Assembly (NCBI GenBank): GCA_020402865.1
Contig: JADBYT010000019.1
Location: 68,622 to 132,621, forward strand
Direction of reading: 5' to 3'
Length of the DNA stretch: 64,000 nt
DNA from: Bacteroidota bacterium
Lineage (GTDB): Bacteria > Bacteroidota > Bacteroidia > Palsa-965
A program made the position numbers and the translations under genes. The notes below the pieces were generated by a model, which worked only from the letters and a program-made list of their open reading frames with translations, did no database searches and had not been told where the DNA came from. The stretch's first letter is position 1, and each line of letters opens with the position of its first letter. Below, in pieces: positions 59,507 through 64,000 of the stretch.

Positions 59507-59854
59507 CTAAAGGTGCAGTGAGCTTTTTTTCGCGAGGAGTTCTTCCTTGCTTTCGCGGTGGTTTTCATCGTCCACACAACAGTCAACCGGGCAAACGGCT
59601 GCGCACTGGGGCTCGTCGTGAAAGCCTACGCACTCCGTGCATTTGTCGGTTACAATGTAGTAGTAATCCATTTGCACCGGTTCCTGAGCAGTATCGGCAT
59701 CGGCTGAGATACCGGTTTTGGAGGTGAACATGCCTTTGAGGGAGGTTCCGTCGGCAAAACGCCATTCGGCACCGCCTTCATATATTGCGTTGTTGGGGCA
59801 TTCGGGTTCACAGGCTCCGCAGTTAATGCACTCGTCGGTTATTTTGATCGCCAT
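59507..59854 (-). CDS. 2[4Fe-4S] ferredoxin
   Basis: The likely ATG is 59854 ([20 protein letters not shown]...[22 protein letters not shown]). Two Cys clusters typical of 7-8Fe ferredoxins; ~116 aa. Confidence 0.8.
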   Translation of the reverse strand: MAIKITDECINCGACEPECPNNAIYEGGAEWRFADGTSLKGMFTSKTGISADADTAQEPVQMDYYYIVTDKCTECVGFHDEPQCAAVCPVDCCVDDENHRESKEELLAKKSSLHL

Positions 59855-59927
59855 AGTTGGTTGCTTCTTGTTAGTTTTGCGGTGTGCAAAAATACATAAT
59901 ATCAACCAACGGAAAGGCCAAAAGTTC

Positions 59928-60974
59928 ATGTTAAATCGAGAAGAGCGTATTGCCGCATTTGTTTCGCTTGGCGAGGCATTTGGGCGTATCGCCAATGGCA
60001 ATGCGGTTTCGGCGGCCGAAACGGACTTTCAGGAAATGATTCCGGGCTATCACCTTTCCAATGGCTGGTACACCCCTGCGTTTATCCGTCACCGCCTGCA
60101 GCAAATGGCGGCCGGACTGGGCAAAGAGGTACTGGAAAACTGGCTGGGTAACTACACTTTTCCCGCCAGCCTGCACGATAAAAATGTGGCGGTAATACTG
60201 GCCGGTAACCTGCCCATGGTGGGATTTGATGATTTTGCGGCCGTGCTGCTTGCAGGGGCAAAATTCTGCGGCAAACTATCGAGCGATGATAAACGCATGA
60301 TGCCGGCCATTGGTGCATTGCTTACCGAAATTGAGCCGAGGTTTGAAGGGCAGTTTGTGTTTACCGATTTCCGCCTGCCGAAAATTGATGCGGTAATTGC
60401 CACCGGCAGCAACAATTCATCGCGGTATTTCGATTATTACTTCGGTAAATACCCGCACATTATCCGCAAAAACCGTCACAGCGTAGCCGTGCTCACCGGC
60501 AACGAAACCCGCGAAGCACTTACTGCCCTTGGCGACGATGTGTTCATTTACTTCGGACTGGGCTGCCGCAGTGTGTCTAAACTATTTGTGCCTGAAGGTT
60601 ACTCATTCAATACTTTTTACGAATCCATTCTGCATTGGGGCGAAACCATGACCGGCCACAAAAAGTACATGAACAACTATGAATATCACCGCACGCTGTA
60701 TCTGCTGAGCCGCGAAACCCTGCTTGATAATAATTTCCTGCTGCTCAAGGAAGATGCCGCGCTCAGCTCGCCTCCCGGCATGTTGTTCTGGGAAAGCTAC
60801 AGCAGCCCCGAAGCGTTGCAGACACGCCTGCAAAGTCTCCAACCGGAATTGCAATGTGTGGCCGGCTCCGCACAACTGTGGCCCGGCGCACTGCCGTTCG
60901 GACAAACCCAATGCCCCGGCCCGGCCGATTATGCTGATGGTGTTGATACCCTGGCATTCTTGTGCAGCCTCTAA
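59928..60974 (+). CDS. acyl-CoA reductase (LuxC)-like protein
   Basis: The ORF runs 59718..60974, and the likely ATG is 59928 ([11 protein letters not shown]). It is ~348 aa. Its length and pattern are consistent with the LuxC-like family, commonly found divergent from a ferredoxin gene in Bacteroidota. The assignment is by recollection, not computed. Confidence 0.5.
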   Translation: MLNREERIAAFVSLGEAFGRIANGNAVSAAETDFQEMIPGYHLSNGWYTPAFIRHRLQQMAAGLGKEVLENWLGNYTFPASLHDKNVAVILAGNLPMVGFDDFAAVLLAGAKFCGKLSSDDKRMMPAIGALLTEIEPRFEGQFVFTDFRLPKIDAVIATGSNNSSRYFDYYFGKYPHIIRKNRHSVAVLTGNETREALTALGDDVFIYFGLGCRSVSKLFVPEGYSFNTFYESILHWGETMTGHKKYMNNYEYHRTLYLLSRETLLDNNFLLLKEDAALSSPPGMLFWESYSSPEALQTRLQSLQPELQCVAGSAQLWPGALPFGQTQCPGPADYADGVDTLAFLCSL

Positions 60975-61140
60975 ATGTAGTGCCTTCAGGTTCTGATTCG
61001 GCACCGTACACCGGTATGTAACTACATCGGTAATTCTCCGTAAAATCGTTGGAAATAAACGCCAACCGAACCCTTGCCGGAGCAAAATCATTAGTAAGAA
61101 AAAATCCTAACAGTTACTGAGATTTTATTGATGTAGTTGT

Positions 61141-63561
61141 ATGAAAAACCTTTACCTGCTGCTTTTTACGCTGCTGTTGCATTTGGCTGCAAAAGGCCAG
61201 GTGTTCTGGTCGGAAAACTTTAACAACAGCTGTGCTTCTGGCTGCACTGCCATAGGCTATTCGAGCGCAAACGGTTCCTGGACTCAAACAGTAATGGGCC
61301 TTGAAGGCACTGACCCGAATGAATGGTATGTAAGCTGTGCCGAAAACGGCTATGTGGCCGGCAACTGCGGCACCGGCTGTGTGCCGCTCACAGCCACGGC
61401 CACAGGCGCTTCGCTGCATATCGGCGCTTCTGTAAACTGGTTTGGCGATATTGGCGCTGCTTACGATGCCGGCGGACTCTGCGGTATTCTTTCCTGTCCG
61501 CAAACCAACCGCCGTATCGAATCGCCTGCCATCAACTGCACCGGGCAGTCAACCATTACACTCAGCTTTACTTATATTAAACAGGGTGCCGCGCCCAACG
61601 ACGATGCCGAAATCTGGTATTTCGACGGCGCTACATGGACTTTCCTTGCCAACCCGCCGGCCACCAACAACGGGCCCTGTGCGCCGCAGGGACAGTGGAC
61701 AAACTACACCGTGGCACTACCGGCATCGGCCAACAACAACGCCAATGTGAAAATTGGTTTCCGCTGGGTAAACAACGACGACGGCGTGGGCACTGATCCT
61801 TCTATTGCCATTGATAATATGGAACTGAGCACGCCGCCTAATCCGCTTGCTCCCGTAGTGGCATTTTCGGCATCAGACAGCAGCATTTGCGTGGGCGATT
61901 GCATCAGCTTTACTGATCTTACCACAAACTCACCCACAGCGTGGAGCTGGTCGTTTCCCGGTTCGGCCACAGCCACATCGGCCGTGCAAAATCCGGCAAA
62001 CATTTGTTACAACACACCGGGCACGTATGCGGTTACACTTACTGCCACGAATGCAAACGGTACGGGCACACTTACCCAAACTGCATTCATTACCGTAAGC
62101 GCACTGCCCACGGCATCGGCAGGAGCCGGGCAAACCGTGTGTACCGGACAGCCGGCCACACTAACCGGCACCGGCGGAGGCACTTACCTCTGGCAGCCGG
62201 GCAACCTTACCACAGCCAGCATAACCGTAACGCCCGCTGCAACCACAACCTACACACTTACTGTTACAAACGCCGCCGGCTGCACAGGTACTGCACAGGT
62301 TACTGTTACCGTTATTCCCTGCGTGGGCCCGATAGCTGCATTTACTGCCAGCGACCTCAGCATCTGTGTGGGCGACTGCATCAATTTCACCGATCAGAGC
62401 ACCGGCCCGCCCACCTCGTGGAGCTGGACATTTACCGGCGCCGCCACGGCTTCTTCAACCGTACAAAATCCAACCAATATTTGCTACAACAGCCCCGGCA
62501 CGTATGCCGTTACACTTACCGTAACCAATGCCAACGGCAGCAATACGCTCACACAAAACAGCTACATTACCGTAAATCCGCCGCCTTTGGCTAATGCAGG
62601 CAGCAACCAGACCGTGTGCAGCGGGCAGCCGGCCACACTTACCGGCAGCGGGGGCGTCAGCTACAACTGGCAGCCGGGCAACCTTAGCGGTGCCACCGTT
62701 ACTGTTACGCCCGCCACCACAACCACCTACACACTCACCGTAACCGATGCCAACGGATGCACCGCCACAAGTTCAGTAACAGTTACGGTGCAGCCATGTG
62801 TGGCTCCGGTGGCTCAGGCTTCTGCTTCCGACCAAACGCTTTGTGAAGGTGACTGTATCAGCTTCAGCGATTTGAGTACAGGTGCGCCCTCGTCGTGGAG
62901 CTGGCAGTTTCCGGGCGGTACTCCGGCTTCATCCACCCAGCAGAATCCGGGTTCGGTATGTTATGCTTCTGCCGGTGTATATGATGTAATTCTGATTGTG
63001 ACCAACACCTTTGGCAGCGATACGATTACGCTTACTAATTATATTAACGTAGCTGCTCCACCGGTGCTCACTGTAAGTTCGGGTGCCACCATTGGTATCG
63101 GAAGCAGCCTGCAACTCACCGCTACTGGTACAGGCACATACAGCTGGGCGCCTTCTGCCGGATTAAGTTGCACTTCCTGCGCATCGCCGGTAGCAAGTCC
63201 TACGGTAAATACGGTTTACACCGTAACACTCACAAACGCAAACGGCTGTACCAGTTCCGACACAGTACGTATTCAGGTAATTGAAGCGTATGGTTTGTTT
63301 GTGCCTTCGGCATTTTCGCCGAATGACGACGGGGCAAACGATGTATTGTTTGTGTACGGTCCGGGTATCCGCACGCTTGAGTTTATTGTGTTTAACCGCA
63401 ACGGTGAAATCGTGTTTGAAACCACCTCGCAAACCGTGGGCTGGGATGGTACACACCGTGATAAGCCTGTGAATACGGGGATTTATGCCTATTTCCTGCG
63501 GGTGGAGTATTTCGACGGGCGTTCGGAAACACGAAAGGGTGATATTTCAGTAGTACGTTAA
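61141..63561 (+). CDS. secreted protein with N-terminal MAM/lectin-like domain, three PKD domains and a T9SS type B C-terminal sorting domain
   Basis: 806 aa with signal MKNLYLLLFTLLLHLAAKGQ. It has three repeats of F(S/T)ASD..IC.GDCI.F.D.STG.P.SWSW.F.G (PKD). The C-terminus (VPSAFSPNDDGANDVLFVYG...FNRNGEIVFE...GWDGTHRDKPVNTGIYAYFLRV) is a type B CTD. Confidence 0.85.
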   Translation: MKNLYLLLFTLLLHLAAKGQVFWSENFNNSCASGCTAIGYSSANGSWTQTVMGLEGTDPNEWYVSCAENGYVAGNCGTGCVPLTATATGASLHIGASVNWFGDIGAAYDAGGLCGILSCPQTNRRIESPAINCTGQSTITLSFTYIKQGAAPNDDAEIWYFDGATWTFLANPPATNNGPCAPQGQWTNYTVALPASANNNANVKIGFRWVNNDDGVGTDPSIAIDNMELSTPPNPLAPVVAFSASDSSICVGDCISFTDLTTNSPTAWSWSFPGSATATSAVQNPANICYNTPGTYAVTLTATNANGTGTLTQTAFITVSALPTASAGAGQTVCTGQPATLTGTGGGTYLWQPGNLTTASITVTPAATTTYTLTVTNAAGCTGTAQVTVTVIPCVGPIAAFTASDLSICVGDCINFTDQSTGPPTSWSWTFTGAATASSTVQNPTNICYNSPGTYAVTLTVTNANGSNTLTQNSYITVNPPPLANAGSNQTVCSGQPATLTGSGGVSYNWQPGNLSGATVTVTPATTTTYTLTVTDANGCTATSSVTVTVQPCVAPVAQASASDQTLCEGDCISFSDLSTGAPSSWSWQFPGGTPASSTQQNPGSVCYASAGVYDVILIVTNTFGSDTITLTNYINVAAPPVLTVSSGATIGIGSSLQLTATGTGTYSWAPSAGLSCTSCASPVASPTVNTVYTVTLTNANGCTSSDTVRIQVIEAYGLFVPSAFSPNDDGANDVLFVYGPGIRTLEFIVFNRNGEIVFETTSQTVGWDGTHRDKPVNTGIYAYFLRVEYFDGRSETRKGDISVVR

Positions 63562-63577
63562 TTGAGGAGGAGGACAC

Positions 63578-64000
63578 ATGAAAAAGCACATACTTGCATC
63601 GGTATTTTTCGGATTGCTGGCGGTAACTGTTTCGGCGCAGGATTTTCATTACTCGCTGTTTCACATGGCGCCGCTTACTGTAAATCCGGCGTTAACCGGC
63701 AATTTTACGGGCGATTTGCGGGTGATTAACAATTACCGCACCCAATGGTCGGCCGTATCGAAACCATTTGTTACCTATTCGCTGGGGGCGGATATGCCGT
63801 TTCAGAACAGGAACAAACGCAAACAAACACGCGATTTTTTTGCGCTGGGATTGAATGTGAATGTGGACAAGGCCGGCAGTTCGATGCTCAGGAACAACAG
63901 CTACAACGTGAGTGGTTCCTACAATAAATCGCTCGATGGGGGCAGCAAAACATTTTTCTCGTTTGGTGTTCAGGCCGGCCTTAACCAGCGCAGCATTGAT
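63578..64000 (+). CDS. PorP/SprF family T9SS outer-membrane protein (3'-truncated by the window edge)
   Basis: ATG at 63578, 17 nt after the type-B cargo gene. The N-terminus (MKKHILASVFFGLLAVTVSAQDFHYSLFHMAPLTVNPALTGN) matches the PorP/SprF signature (FSQY.....LNPA.AG). The ORF continues to the window end. Confidence 0.7.
   Translation, partial: MKKHILASVFFGLLAVTVSAQDFHYSLFHMAPLTVNPALTGNFTGDLRVINNYRTQWSAVSKPFVTYSLGADMPFQNRNKRKQTRDFFALGLNVNVDKAGSSMLRNNSYNVSGSYNKSLDGGSKTFFSFGVQAGLNQRSID

Overview
This 64-kb window looks like chromosomal DNA from a Bacteroidota genome with a background GC of roughly 55-60%. The phylum call rests on six large secreted proteins with type IX secretion system (T9SS) C-terminal sorting domains (three type A, three type B), a PorP/SprF-family gene start at the 3' edge, an ECF sigma/anti-sigma pair, and Bacteroidetes-style gene organisation.

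Housekeeping content:
- Two adjacent M16 zinc peptidases.
- guaB (IMP dehydrogenase) and pckA (ATP-dependent PEP carboxykinase).
- A co-oriented serC-serA-DUF1015-YggS cluster.
- Two GT4 glycosyltransferases, an LptF/LptG-family permease and a phosphodiester-glycosidase-like protein, likely an envelope cluster.
- MarR, YceI, Crp/Fnr, a serine hydrolase, and a ferredoxin/LuxC-like gene pair.

Accessory content:
- A ~6-kb strongly AT-rich island at ~9.9-16.1 kb, directly downstream of guaB and its terminator. It has no integrase or tRNA and encodes four proteins: an unknown N-terminal domain fused to a PD-(D/E)xK-like nuclease motif; a 890-924-aa fusion of a TIR domain, a dynamin-like GTPase and a long coiled coil; a Zn-ribbon plus DUF4145-like protein; and, on the opposite strand, a class-III nucleotidyl-cyclase-like protein. 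I read this as a candidate, possibly undescribed, TIR/nucleotide-signalling anti-phage defence island. Its 5' border is a degenerate tandem array of terminator-like units.
- A tandem duplication of a two-gene module: a small 126-aa secreted protein translationally coupled to a ~1530-aa T9SS type-A cargo protein.
- A 2453-aa beta-helix T9SS cargo protein, and a SprB-repeat type-B adhesin.

No rRNA, tRNA, CRISPR array, transposase or integrase was recognised.
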